A stretch of DNA of 64,000 nt from the human T2T-CHM13v2.0 reference genome, Homo sapiens: NCBI RefSeq assembly GCF_009914755.1, contig NC_060932.1. One strand, given 5' to 3'. Shown piece after piece: positions 50,144 through 64,000 of the stretch. Below the pieces are notes generated by a model. The model was not told the DNA's origin. It ran no database searches and saw nothing but the letters and a program-made list of their open reading frames with translations. A program made the position numbers and the translations under genes. The stretch's first letter is position 1. The number at the start of each line of letters is the position of its first letter.

Positions 50144-53100
50144 TTAAGAGGCTTGGAAGGAAAAAAAGCAAAAGGAAGCTACCTCTCTGAAGATCCTGAG
50201 AGAGCAGAGTCTCCTCTTGCTGCCGTCCCCTGAGGCGCCTTGGCAGGCGGCCACACTGGATCTCCGACACGCGCAGGACACTGCCTGTCATCCCAGCCCA
50301 GCCCCCATGCCCACTCTCCCAAGAATTGTGCAACAGGGCCTTTGTAACCTGAGGCCTGTGAAGTCTGTGGAGGAATGTGACCCAGAGCCAAGGGGCGTTG
50401 GTGCCACCAGGGCTGAGAAGGAGCTCTCCTGCTGTTTACCCTGCTATCCCATGGGAACCTCAGAAGGGGGAAGGTTATGCTCTAAAATGCATGGGGAGTC
50501 AAGTCCTTGGCACAGCTGTGAAGCAAGCACTCTAGTTAGTGTCTTTTCCCCTCATCTTTGCTGACCTCCGGAGGCATGCTTCATGCTGCTCCAGAGAGTA
50601 GAACCCAATGTGCTTTAATTTTTATTGTATTTGTATAAATATATGGGGTACAAGTGCAATTTTTAAAAATGCATAGATTGTGTAGTGGTCAAGTTTGGGC
50701 TTTTAGGATACCCATCACCTGATCCCCTCATCCTCCTTTCAAGCCACTCCTCGTCCTCCTCCTCTTAATTGTGTCTCCTACTGAAAGCTACAAGTTGTGG
50801 TCCCATTATTCCAATGCCCTGTAAGGGTAAAGGGTATCCTGCTGTCTGGGGAGCAGGGATCCATATTAAATGTGATGTGGATGGTAGAGTGCCAGGCACT
50901 GGTGGCAGGACAGCCCCGGAAATCTTTGAGATTCATTGATTTACAAAACCAGCTTCCTGCCTCCTCTCCTCACCTCTTCCATAGACATCTTCCTCCAATA
51001 TGACAAGTACACAATCTGGCCACCATAATACTTGGGGTTGTCCCGTCTCTTCTGCCTGGGGAAAATGTTACGAGCTGAGTCATGAATACTGTCCTTTTAA
51101 GTTACCCAAACATCATGATGGCCACACAAATGGAGCTCTAACCAAAAGGAAGTGAAAGATTCACTCTCAGTCTTGCCATTTAAGTGGTGTGGAGTACTAT
51201 GGCATGTAATTCACTATAAATGAAAGTTCCACATTTTTATATTACCAATATTGTTGTCACAAAAGGTGGTCTCAGGAAAACAGACGTTTTAGCCAGTTGA
51301 GAAGACAACTTACTTGGCAACTAGAAGACCAGTATTTTCGTCCTTTCAAGTATATTTAGAATGCAAAATCATTATTATTACGAGAGGGAAAGCCTTTTTT
51401 TAATGTTAGGATATGTTCCTCTGCATGGTAGGAACTGACGCTATCTCCCTCCCCGCATCAAGCTTATCTCCTCTCATACTATGTCCTTTCAAGGAGGTTG
51501 TTTTCCACACTCCTTTCTATGCCAAATGAATTCAATGTCAGTTTCAATCCCGTTTGTATTTTTGAAAACTTAATATGCACCTGGGACTGTACTAGGCACT
51601 GTGACAACAGCAAAATAAAATGTTTGACATAAGTTGGGCTCTTTAAGAGTTAAGAATTTAGTTGAGACAAGATGTACACCTGCAAAGAGTTCAAAAGCAA
51701 AGAGGAAACTACAAAACTATGTGAAAAATGTGCGCACTGTGAACTTCAAAGTGCCCCAGGGGCTCAGAGCGAAGAAGCAGTGTTGTCTGGAGTGTTCAGG
51801 TTGCTCATGAGGGCAGGTCAGCACTGGGACTTGGGAGGAATCTTGAAAGGAAGAGAAACAGACTATGACTGATTGACACAAACTTAGGGAGAAAAACAAT
51901 TTCCTAGTGAAAATTTTGGCCCCGGCACAACCGCTCTTCTCTTACTCACCGGCGCTCATGTCCACTCTACCTGCGCTTTGACAACTCATTCTTGGCGTGC
52001 AAAGCAAATAATTCACTTTGCTTCATTGGGATATGAAAAAGAGGAGTCATGGAAACACAAGGACACCAGGAAGAATAAAATGAACTCTAACAGGTGGTTT
52101 CTGTGAACCGCCCTGCATGCTGAAACCAGGGCTGTGTCTGATTTTAATTAGGCACGAGGGCTTCTAGAGCCTACACCCTGAAGTCAACATGTTCCAAAAC
52201 TAATTCATTATCTTTGGCAAACCTGTTCCCCCTTTGTGATTCCCACCTCAGCCAACGGGCCTCACCATATTCCCAGTTTCTCTGGCGAGGATCTCAGGTC
52301 CCCTCTGATCCCCGAGTCACTCTCTACTGCTGCATTCGGTCATTGAACATTGAGCCTAGGGGGTTGGATCTCCACATCTTTCCCGAACCCATCACCTCAG
52401 CCAGTTCTTCCTGCTGCCACCCTGGTCTGGGCCCTCATCTCCTCATCTTCCTCTAAGATCACTCATCTCTCCAACCTCATTTCTCTGCACTCGTTGGCCA
52501 CGCCTTTCTAAAATAGAAACCGGCACTCCCCAGTTTCAAGTTTTTCCCGTTGTTTATAAAACGAGGACTAAACTCCTTTGCTTGGTTTTCAAGGCCTCTC
52601 ACCTTCTCTAGCTTCACTGGACCAAGCCTCTCCCCTTGGCTACCCATTTATCCATTCTTCCCCACCTCTTATGCACCAGGTAGATCTGTCTGCCTTCAAT
52701 TTTCCAGCTTGCCCAATACTTTTCTTGCCTCCATGGTCTTGCTCATGCAATTTCTTCAGCTTTTCTGATAGTTGAACTCCTAATCCGGCCTCCTCCAGGA
52801 TTCCTGCTTCACATGGACCACTGCTTTCCTCTCTCTGCTTCCTACCTTCATCATTTGTGACATTCTCCTGACATTTAAAAAATTTGACCCTTTGCGCTGA
52901 AGGAGTGAGCCAGGTGGGATTGGGAGACCAGGGCAAAGGGAGTAGAAGAATGTTTTGAGACAGGGAACAGCATGTGTAAAGACTCAGAGGACAGAGACAA
53001 TGGTGTATTCATGGAGCTAAACAGTGTATAGTAGTTAGTAGAAACTGGGTTTGAGTGGACAGGATGGCATTGGGAAGAAGTGGCACTGGAGGAAGAGGCA

Positions 53101-54258
53101 GGGGCAAGTCCGTGGGGCTGGCCCTGCTAAGAAGCTGGACTTTTAGCTAAAGATCAATGGGCAAGTTTGAAGAGTTATCAGCAGGGCAGTGATGAGATAA
53201 CATTTGCATTTGAAAGGGATGTAGTATATGGGGACCAGAGAAAGACTGGAGAAAGGACTGTCAGTTAGGAGGCTGGCAGGAGATAATAAGCTTGGTCAAG
53301 GGTAGTGACCAAGTTCACTACCTCTATTCAAGAAACAGAGGAAGAGAGTGGACTTTAGAGCTTTAGAAAGGAGATGTGATTAGGCCTGGTTAATTGATCG
53401 GCCTGGTTTAAATGGAGAGGGTGAGTGAAAGGAGACACCTGGGTTTCTGGCATGGCCCAGAAATGAAACTATCCATGCCACAGTATCACTTCCTGCTGAT
53501 GCCCTCTAAAGAGACTGGATCTCTCTCCCTTCTCAGAGCTGAAACTTTTGACAGTGAGGGTGGGGGTGGTCGAGAGCCCCTCAGACATTTGCTTTGGAGA
53601 AGACACTTCCAGTTGATATGGGGCCTGGATCTCATTCATTTGTTACAGTCTCCAGGGCAACTAGTTATTCAATAAACCTTGGTGAATAAACAACTGTGCC
53701 TATAAATACTGTTCCTGGTAGTCTTCCTGTTATGTTTTCTAAAAAATATTGGGCATTTTATCTTTTATTGCCCTTCATAGTGTAAATGTAATGGAGCCTG
53801 TCTTCCTCCCCAACTCAGATTTCAGTTGAAAGTCTTCATCAGGAGGCGAGTCTTCTGCCAGCCGGGTTATTTGATAGACTTCGTAGTCTTCATGGTGCTC
53901 CTTGATGGCTATTTAATGTCTGGTAGCTCAGAGTCATGACCAGAAAATCAACTGTGTCCTTTGACACCTTCCTGGGCCAATGTCCATTTCCTACATCTTC
54001 TTTTCTCTTCAAAGTCATGGCCTGTACAACAAAAGATTAAAATCCCCTGGAGACCTATGTCCTTTATTCCTACCTAGAACCTTAAAGGAACTAAACATAC
54101 CATTTCTTCTGACTGCATCTTTTCTTATGAATCATTTCAAGGCATACTCATGTTGTCAGAAAGTAGTTCATCTCCAGAATCATGGGTCACAATGGACTTG
54201 CTGTGTCCTTCCCCTGCCACCACTGCCCCCTTCCTCTACTGGTAAGCCCACCTGCTAG

Positions 54259-54627
<369 letters not shown>

Positions 54628-55160
54628 TGAGGCTGCTCACAGTCCTCCCTTGTGTCTGGAATCTCATAGTGATGGCTTTCTCCTGGGCTTATGCTCGTGA
54701 GAGCCCCTCACCACCTCTATAAGTTGCAGAAGCAATCATTGAGCACTTTCTTCAGCCACTTTAGCAGACAGTCAGGTTTGCATATCAGTGATTTCATCAT
54801 AACTAGGGAATGGTAAAATCATAGTACAATTAATATGATTCTTTAATTTTAAAGAACTATACAAATAGAAGGTAGTTATCAATATAAATTTAAAAATGTC
54901 TTTCCCAGAGTTTAAGGTAATGATATTGCCACAATTGATACACACATATGTTATTATAAATGCTCATTTTAGAAGATGAAATATACCATCTGAATGGCAT
55001 ACAAATAATAAGTGCTACTTAGGTCATTATTGGCATTTCCTCCTACCTCTTAAACAACATAATTTCAATCAGCTTTACATTTAGACATCATTTCTTGCTT
55101 AGTTTTGACATAACAGAATTAGCAATCATTAAAAGCAACCTATTTTTTTTAAGCACCTAC

Positions 55161-55628
55161 TGTATTAGTCAGGGTTCTTCAGAGAAGCAGCACCAGTAGG
55201 AGAGATGGATATATGTGTGTAATGTATGCATTTTGTATATACACATATATAAAATAAGGAGTTGGCCCATGTGGGTATGGAGGCTGACAAGTCCCAGGAT
55301 CTGCACTCAGCATGCCTGAGACCCAGGAAGAGCCAATGTTTCAGTTTGAGTCTGGAGGCAGAAAAAAACCAATGTCCCAGCTCAAAGCAGTAAGGCAGGA
55401 GGGTCAATCTTTTTCTTCCATTCAGGCCTTCAGCTGATTCGATGATGGCCACTCACAGTGAGGGTGGGGTGGGGGGCAGCAACCTGCTTTACTCAGTCAA
55501 CTGATTCAAATGATTCAAATGTTCATCTCACCCAAAACACCCACGCAGACACACCCAGAATCATGTTTGACCAAATATCTGGGCACTCTGCAGCCTAGTC
55601 AAGTTGACACATAAAATTAATCATTGCA
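55161..55628 (-). mobile_element. MLT2B-like (ERVL) solo LTR
   Basis: tgtattagtcagggttc...agtcaagttgacacataaaattaa; 5-bp TSD cctac (55156-55160, 55629-55633). Confidence 0.9.
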
Positions 55629-57860
55629 CCTACTATGTCATCAGTTGGCCTAGTAATTACCTCATTTAATTGCCACAAAGACCTCCCATATGGAAAGTAG
55701 TCTTATTCCCATTTACTCCACAGCTGTTTATTTAATAAATGTTTGCACATTTTAGAGATGAAGAACTGAGCCTCAGATAATTGAAGTAACTTGTCTAAGG
55801 CAGCACAGCTAGTAAATGGCAGGGCCAGGATTTCAACACAAGTCTAAAACACTCAGCTGGGTACTCTGAACCAGTATGGCCACTGCCTCCCAGCACTGGT
55901 GCTGTGCTCCCCACAGGCCCTGAGGGTTCCTCCTTAGGATGGAGAAGAGCTGAAGGCATTGGCCGCTGGCCAACACTCAGGGCAGCAGCAGGGCAGGCAC
56001 ACCTGAACATGTGGGACCTGAGTGCAGCTGGGAGCCTGGAGAAGGCTCCCCTTTCCTTTGCCTTTGAGATGACCCACAGAGCATGAATAGTTGCTGGTAT
56101 TTGTTGAAAGCTACGTGCTCGTGCTTTGTGTGGATATTATTATTTAATATTCACAACATTTCTGTTCTTCTCACCACCCCACTCTGCTTGGGAGGGAGGC
56201 AGTGACAGTGCCCCCATGAGGCAGCCATGGGCAAGGACTAGGAGGCATCCTTTTAAACTGCTGTCCTCAGAGCCACCAAGAGTGCCCTAGGTTGCCTTAA
56301 ATGGCCCCATGGGCCAGTCCAATCCTGTTCCATCTCTCCTCAAAATCTGCCCATCAAAACTGCTTAAAATGTGCATGAATCAATGATTCCGCAGGTGCGT
56401 GCTGCCTGCTGATTCACCCACGAGCAGGCCTGGGCTTTCCCTTCTTTTTATTTGCTCCTCATCGCTTGATACATTGCTGTTCCTCATTTTCCATTTCCAC
56501 TAGAGCTTGGCAAAAACACTGTCTAGTTCTAAACATAACTATGAGCCCCTAAATAAATCTTGTATAAAAGGAGCTCCTTTGTCTTTGACTCCCTGCAGCA
56601 CTCTCTGTTTGCTCTACGGAGTCCCCTTCATCGTGACAACATAAGCAGTCCTCATGGCATTGCCCAGTTAGCTTCGCCCACAGCAAAACTCTCATTTTGC
56701 AGAGGAGGAATCGGAGACTCAGGAGAGCATGGGCCTTCCCCAAGTTCACACAGTTAGAAGCCAAGCCATCCGTATCCCAGTCCAGTGCTTCTGGTGTATC
56801 CCACAGACATCAGTTCTTATGGGGTGGGATGGGCAGGTCAAAAAGCAAGACATCTGGAGGTGGCCTTGCAGGAAGGCACGCAGGCTGGCCTGGGGCCACA
56901 CAGGAGGTCGGCACCTGTTTTGCATATTTGCCTCCATGTACAACCATGTGGGTGCAACACAAACAAAGGTACTGGAAGAGGAACTGGGATAGGGAAATAC
57001 TTTTTACATTGGCAGAAGCAGATCCCCTCTGGTGTGCATGCTTTGCTGGAAGGCCCGGGAAAGAGCTGAGATTCCTAATTGACTAGAATATGACTCACTT
57101 AGGACTCCCATTCCCAGAGGAAGTGGCTTTGGCTCATATTATGTGTTTACAGAGAATCATCTCATCCATGTAAGCCCTCAGCACTGGATCCACCCAGCGG
57201 ATTCTTCTCCATGACATCTTGGTGGGTCTCCAGACACGCATTTGGCTTCCATGGGATGATGTTTCCAGATCAGACCCTTGCTCTGCTCCCGAGCTGTGAA
57301 CCAGATCACAGGAGCAGAGGGTGAACTGTCTTGTTTCAGCCTAGGACTCTGAGAATACTCTACCAGCCGAACACTTCCACAAGGAAACACAATTGGTGGT
57401 AACAACTCTCAGAGGAAAGGGAAATAAAACTGCTTCTTGCTTTCAAGATCATTCCGCTTTTTTTTTTTTTTTTTTTTTTTGGTAGCATAAAGGGTAAATA
57501 AACTTTAGATGCCTTGAGAGCAATTGAATCATAGTTGAGAAGGCAGCACACCCTAGAGGTGGAAAGAGAATTTGGATGGTGTCCAGAGATGTGGGAGCTC
57601 GTTCTGGATACGAAGGTCTCACTGGTAAAATCACTGCAACGCTTGACCTGGGATGCTCAGAATTGGGAGACCCATGTTCCTACCCTTGCTCCGTTAATAA
57701 CTGTCTGATGTGTACATGAAACCCCTCTGAGCCTCAGTTTCTTGATTTATAAAGTGGGAATAATAACACTTGCCCTGCCTACCTGTCCCAGGTGTGTGGG
57801 TCAAATGACCCTATGTGAACACACTTTGTTAACAAGGGAGTATTCTCTCTATTGTTGTTG

Positions 57861-57863
<3 letters not shown>

Positions 57864-57895
<32 letters not shown>
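57864..57895. repeat. (TG)n microsatellite
   Basis: Perfect TG run. Confidence 0.95.
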
Positions 57896-57896
<1 letters not shown>

Positions 57897-58970
57897 TGTA
57901 AGTGGGAATGTCTTTTGCTGGAAGTGAGATGGGAATGCTGAGGAGTGGTGGAGAATGGTAAAAGATCTTACTGGGACACACAGAGGGTGCTGGGTAGGGT
58001 TGCAGCCCCCTAGCACTGGAGACCCTGGGTCTGCAGTGCCAGCATTCACCCCACCAGCAGATGGACATACAGTCCAATGTTGGCTGGGGTGGTGGATAGA
58101 GTTAGGAGTATTGACAAGGCAGCAGTTACAATGGTGATCTCAGAGATTTCACTGAACAGGGAAAGAGCTGAAGAAAGGGACCCAGCAGATAGGCTTGGGG
58201 AGCTCGGAGGTATCAGAGAAATGTAAGCATCACGTGCATGAGGGAGTTGTTGGCAAGGTGGCAGTGGTGGGCAGAAAGGCAAAGCTGGAGTTTCAGATTT
58301 GAGAGGTGGAGGGCATCCAAGATCTGACAAGGAAGGCGGTGCTGAAGGGCCCCAGGCCAATCACAAGGTTGGAATGGAGAGAGTAGAAGCTGAGTGCCAG
58401 GGTCATCTCAAAGAATATGGTGGAGTTGTCACACCTAGGGAGATGGGAAATCTGTGAGTGGTCAGGACATCAGAGGTGGGGGCAGGTGTCTGGAAGGGCT
58501 GGGAGGAGAAGGCTGATGCTGCTTTAGGGTAATGGAGGCCCAGAAAACAGATCTGCCTGGACGCATGCTCAGATTTGAAATTGGATATGAATTACATACA
58601 AATTGGTCATTTTACACATAGATAACCAAAAGTTGTTGGGTCATCTTGTCCTCAATAATACAAAATATGCATTAAAAACTGTGCTAAATAACTCCTTTTA
58701 GCTATCGACATTTTTCATAAAATAGCCCCAAGGGCATGGTTAGTATCAATGAAAGAGAGCCACACATTGCTGAATTTTCAGGAGTTTTGCAAGCCAGGTG
58801 TTATGTTGATAGCTTGAAATAGGCCTCGAAGGGAAATCAGCAAACATTACAAACCAGGGCTTCCCTCCAATAATGCCCCCACCATCCCTGGAAATCTAGT
58901 TATTAAATATTTCCCAGCACCACTGCCTAGGCATAAATAAAATCTCCAAATCTGCCCAACTTTACAATCC

Positions 58971-59460
58971 TGTTGTGGACTGAATGTGCTGCGCCTGTAA
59001 AAGAGACATGTCCTAATCTCTGGTGCCCGTGGATGTGGCCTTATTTCAAAGCAGGGTCTTTGGAGATGTCATTAAGATCTAAATTAAGATGAGGCCTTAC
59101 TGGAGTAGGGTGGGCCCTTAATCCGATATGACTGGAGTCCTCCTTAGAAAAGGAGAAGAGATACAGAGAGATACACACAGAGTGGGGAAAACTATGTGAA
59201 GACGCAGACCCAGGGCAGAACAGCATGTGACATTGGAGGCACACCACAGTGACACAAACCAATGATTGCTGGCGGCACAAGAGGCCAAGAGAAAGACATG
59301 GAACCAACTCCCCTCAGAGCTCCAGAAACAACCAACCCTGCAGACACCTTGACTTCTGACTTCTGACTTCTGGCCTCCAGACCTGTAAGATGAGACATTC
59401 CTGTTGCTTTAAGCCATGCGGTTTGTGGTACCTCGTTACGGCAGCCTGGGGAATCTGACA
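58971..59460 (+). mobile_element. MLT1C-like MaLR LTR
   Basis: tgttgtggactgaatgtg...agggtctttggagatgtcattaag...gacttctggcctccagacctgtaaga...tttaagcca. Confidence 0.85.
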
Positions 59461-62137
59461 ACCCTGTCACAGCCTCATGTTTGGGCAGGAGGGCATGGAA
59501 GTTCTTCCACATGAACAGCAAAGGGAAGGTCGACTTTTACCTTTCCCTGTCTCTGCTCCTAGGGGACCTTCCCTCTTCCCGGCACCTCCAGCACATGTTT
59601 TCTTTACCATGATCTGGTCCTTCCCATTAGGTGCCAAGTATTGTGGGTCATGCTTCATGCTTTCCCTTCTAAATGGCAATCAGGGGTTGTAAACGCAGAT
59701 GCCCCTGTGGGTCAGAGTTGTTCAGCGTGATGCAGGGAGAACTTTTTCAAATTGGAAAGTGCATTCTGTATTTAAATTAAACACCCCAATGAGCTGGCCA
59801 AGGAAAACCTGGCTGAGACCTGACATTTTGGGAACTCTTTGACGTGCTCTGAGAGGTGGAGGACATCTCTTAGCCTTGGCATTCCCCAGCAGCCCCCGGC
59901 AGCATTTATTCACTGCTGGTGAACTGGCTGATTGTGTCTGGCTGGTTCCTGGGTTTTTGTTGTCATTTGCTACCTGGATCTCTCAGGGGTCTTTTGTCTT
60001 GACCTAGCTGAACAGCGAATGGAGTGGAGATCTCAGAATTTCCACAGTTGCTCCAATGTTTCTCCCTTCAGACAGAAGCCTTACAAAAAAACCAGATTTT
60101 GTAGGTTATAAATCCCCCAACGGACAAGCTCTGGGATGCTATTGCAAAACTCTAGTTTCAGAAGAATGCACCAAGAGGGCGGCGTCCTCTCCAGACATGA
60201 CCTGCCCCACCCGGATATTTCCAGGAGTGTTTTCCTCGGCAGCTCTCGTCATCTTAGGTGGCTGGGGGACAGGCATCAGGCACATGGAAAATCAAGGTTG
60301 ATTTGGGGTGAGAAATATTTTGAAGTTGTAACTCCTGTTTACAGTTTCTTTCTTTATGAACACCAGAGGGCACCACAGTCATACTGAATGGTGGGTCGGC
60401 CTTGCTTTAGGACTGAAATCCTGGTACCCAAATTTTTTTTTCTTTTTAATTTAAGAACTAAGAAGTGCTGAATTGAATATGTATTCATTTGAATATTTTG
60501 CTCAGGCTTCTAAGAAAGTTGCAGAAGAGGCTTTTGGGGCCACTTGCTGGATGTTCACGCCCAGGGCCTGGGGCAGGGGGACCTGTGGGGCAGCACTCCT
60601 TGCCTGCCCTCCCACCCAGTCCTGAGATTGTCCAGCTCTGGTCGGTTCTGCGGCAGGGCTGGAACTGTGTCCCAGGCCAGAGCTACCTCGTGCAGGGACC
60701 CAGCTCGTTGCTTCCTGGGCTCATCCTTTTAAACTGGCTCTGTGAGTTGTTCCACTTAGCATCTGGAGGTGAGGCCTGGCCCTGGGGGAATGGAGGATTC
60801 CCCAGGGAAGGTTGAGGGATTGCTGAGGTTGCACAGTTGTTGCCTCAACAGCAGTGGGGCTTTGGCAACAGGGACCAGTTGACTGGTGTGTGTGTCTGGG
60901 GTCTTGAACAGTTTCCCACTGATGCCCTCTGGTAGCTTCCCACTGACAGCAGAGCATTCATGGTTCTGGAGAAATATAGAAAATTTTCTGTAGGCTCCTA
61001 AAAGGCTCTGGAAGGAGCAGGAGCAGAGCTACTGAGGGCATGAGAGGCTTCGTGGGTGCTGGGGGCTCTGTGAAGGGGTAGCTGGGCTGACCTCCAGAGA
61101 GACCTGAGACCTGGGAGGAGAGACCACGTGGGAGAGGTGCCTTGCCAGAGGTGGGCAGCAGAGGGAGATGCTACCAGCACCATCTCCTGTCTAATCGTGA
61201 GTGTCTGGGCCCCAAGAGGGTGTGTGTATGCTTGTGGAAGAATCTGTACCAGATGACACAACTCATTCAGACAGGGGCTTTTCCATTCTAACCTCTGGGA
61301 CGGTCCACTCAGTGTCAGCCATACGGTTTTGGGAACCTTCCGATGACACTCAGCAGAGAGCAAGGCTGTTCTTAGCAACAGCATATTGTAAATAGCAAAG
61401 GAGCACTCGATCTGCAGGAAAGCAGACGGCTTTGCAGACCAGAAGCTCTACTAATGAGTTGATGGCAATTTAGTGAGCCTTGGCTGTTTGTATGAAAGAG
61501 AAAACTTCAACAAAATGAGGGGAGAACGTATATCTATAAAAGAGAGTATGAGGGCATGGCTGTGACCTCCACCAGCAAGTTGAAACGTTCCACTGAGAAG
61601 ATCCACTGTGGATAATGGGAACTAGTGCAAGGCCATGATCTGCTTGGTGCAGTGGGCCCAGGAGGCAGGCAGAGGGACTGCCCTGCTTCCAAGACCAGTG
61701 ACCGCTGCAGGGTCTACCTGGCCACGAGGGGGTTCCCTTTGTCATTTACAATTCACTTGCTCCATTCAGTCTTTTTATTTAACTGGGATCAAAAAGGATA
61801 TAATTGGTAGCAGATCATTTGGATTCCAGTTCCAGATTTGTGACCCTCATGAGTGATGTTCAGGCTTGGCAGAAGTCACATGATCACACCTAACAGGTTA
61901 CCTTTCTTAAAATGGGCACCTATTAATAATATCAAATAATGGATATGATATGACCTGTGAAGGCACTTAGGAATTGATCCAGTGTGACATAGGTGGTGTC
62001 ATTAATCTCAGGAGGGAATCTTTAGCATTTCTTTCTCTTTCAAATATGTGTCTGTTACTTGGGCTGAGTGAGGCTCCATTTGAAGGAGGCTTATTTAGAG
62101 TTAAGATAAAGATATATCTTCAGGCCTATGCTTTTAC

Positions 62138-62249
62138 CATCACCAAACAAATAGGATTGGAAAGTATTTTGGGTTCTGGGTACTCATGGCTTTGTAGACT
62201 GCTTAGCCACATTCAGACAACAATTTGCAGAGCAACTTCCATATTAGAA
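62138..62249 (-). pseudogene. Candidate fossil exon
   Basis: Long T-rich tract ...ttttttcacaaaaag|T; SNMEVALQIVV*MWLSSLQSH versus recalled RGSL1 SHMQKVALFKLQSYWLPNFYTH (VAL-6-WL-5-H in both); donor gtaaaa. Confidence 0.5.
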
Positions 62250-62715
62250 CTTTTTGTGAAAAAACACAAAATAAAATTCAGTTTAACTCAAGAAGTATCC
62301 AAAAACATTCACTAAAAAGGACTACTTTTGTCCTGAGCAGGGAATACCATCCTTGTTTTTGTTTTCTACCTTTTTTTAAGCTAACGTTAGAGACATCTTG
62401 GGCTAATGGGAACAGGGAATAACTACTGGCAAAATCAGGGATCAAGGTTCTGTTTATGTTTTGTCAAACAAATACATCTGTTTGACCTGAAGCCTCCTTG
62501 GTTTATTACAGCAATTGCTTACTGTAAGTAAGCAACAAGGTGTTTAAATTTCACACATGTGAAATACATATTATGTTGCCTAGCAGGGGCCAAGACTCAG
62601 TCAATATTTTTTTGTAGCACAGTTCTCAGATTCTGAGCTTTACTTAACCAAAAGTTTACTTAACCAAAGGAAGCAAGTTCTTAACCTTGACACTAGAACT
62701 GTGAGTTAGACTTTA

Positions 62716-62862
62716 TTAGTGAACACACTTATTGGTAGTTCCTTGTTTAAGTCCATTACCACAATGTTTTTCTTTAGCTTTAACACATGCACCATTTGGC
62801 ACAGTCATAGACCGATAAGCAAGGGAATATAGCAGGCAGCAGTCCCCTGGAATTACAAGCTC
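62716..62862 (-). pseudogene. Weak candidate fossil exon
   Basis: gctttgcttcag|GAGCTTGTA; open for 48 codons (ELVIPG...KEKHCGNG). Only faint similarity to recalled RGSL1 ELVDFW...ATHLQEG; no clear donor. Confidence 0.25.
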
Positions 62863-63008
62863 CTGAAGCAAAGCTCCGTAATGGGTGACAGCTTGAGCTA
62901 TGGAATCAACCAGCCTGATTTCAAAGCCAGAGTCCACTGTTCACTGGCTGGTTACCTTGGGCAATTCACTCAACCTCCTCAATCTTAAATTCCTCCTCTA
63001 GAAAATGA

Positions 63009-63361
<353 letters not shown>

Positions 63362-63455
63362 TGAGATAATCTAGTCAGTGTTAGCTACTATCACTAACAT
63401 CATCATCATCATCACTGCCTCTTAGTCTCCTAAAATACCCAGTATAGTGCCTTAC

Positions 63456-63535
63456 ACTGTGATAAAGGGGGAACAATTCCCATTTGTTGTATAACTCATT
63501 CCATCCACTGATGCATTTTAAATTTGGAATGAAAT
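63456..63535 (-). pseudogene. Candidate fossil exon, N-terminal region
   Basis: tcctgatag|AT...CACAGT|gtaagg. Translation (D)FIPNLKCISG versus recalled RGSL1 DQWLLQKCIGG, same spacing. Confidence 0.45.
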
Positions 63536-63796
63536 CTATCAGGATTACAGATTCAAATTCTTAAAGCTCTTCCAATGTACTTTGTTCCCATTTTGGGGGG
63601 CAGGGAGAGAGTAACTTCTTAAAAATTTTCCAAACTTCAACCCTAGAAAATAATCTATGTATATAAACGTTCTTAGTATAATTCTTGGCACATCGTAGTA
63701 GACATTTCATAAAAGTTCTAAGAGATAAAAAGTAAAATGGGTTTATATTTTATGATGATTTTTAGGGGAGACATAGGCTTCAAGAAAGTGACTTGC

Positions 63797-64000
63797 GGCC
63801 ACACACAGTGGCTCACACCTGTAATCTCAGCACTTTGGGAGGCCGAGGCAGGCGTATCATGAGGTCAGGAGATCGAGACCATCCTGGCCAACATGGTGAA
63901 ACCCCGTCTCTATTAAAATACAAAAAATTAGCCAGGAGTGGTGACACGTGCCTGTAGTCCCAGCTACTTGGGAGGCTGAGGCAGGGGAATCACCTGAACT
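63797..64000 (+). mobile_element. Alu (cut by the window end)
   Basis: ggcc...gtggctcacacctgtaat...gaggtcaggagatcgagaccatcctgg. Confidence 0.92.

Overview
Human genomic DNA (it carries a human-specific pre-Ta L1HS plus Alu, THE1, MST, MLT, LTR12, MIR and L2 repeats). No intact protein-coding gene is visible; most ORFs in the supplied track are repeat-derived or chance. The main result is in the non-repetitive DNA between the repeats: a minus-strand series of about 17 GT-AG-bounded, largely phase-compatible fossil exons running from about 63.5 kb down to about 6.2 kb. Their translations contain stops and frameshifts but align collinearly, N- to C-terminus, with the multi-RGS-domain protein RGSL1 (RGSL1/RGS22 family). 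The peptides are clearly not RGSL1 itself, so this looks like a decayed, intron-containing RGSL1-like paralog (candidate unitary pseudogene). The RGSL1 comparison was made by eye from my recollection of the protein and needs a tblastn/HMM check. Other notable elements: a near full-length Charlie3 hAT transposon fossil, a full-length L1PA5/6-like element with a 15-bp TSD and a short 3' transduction, a 5'-truncated pre-Ta L1HS with no TSD, and a 5-kb nest of LTR elements including an LTR12 solo LTR and a full THE1.
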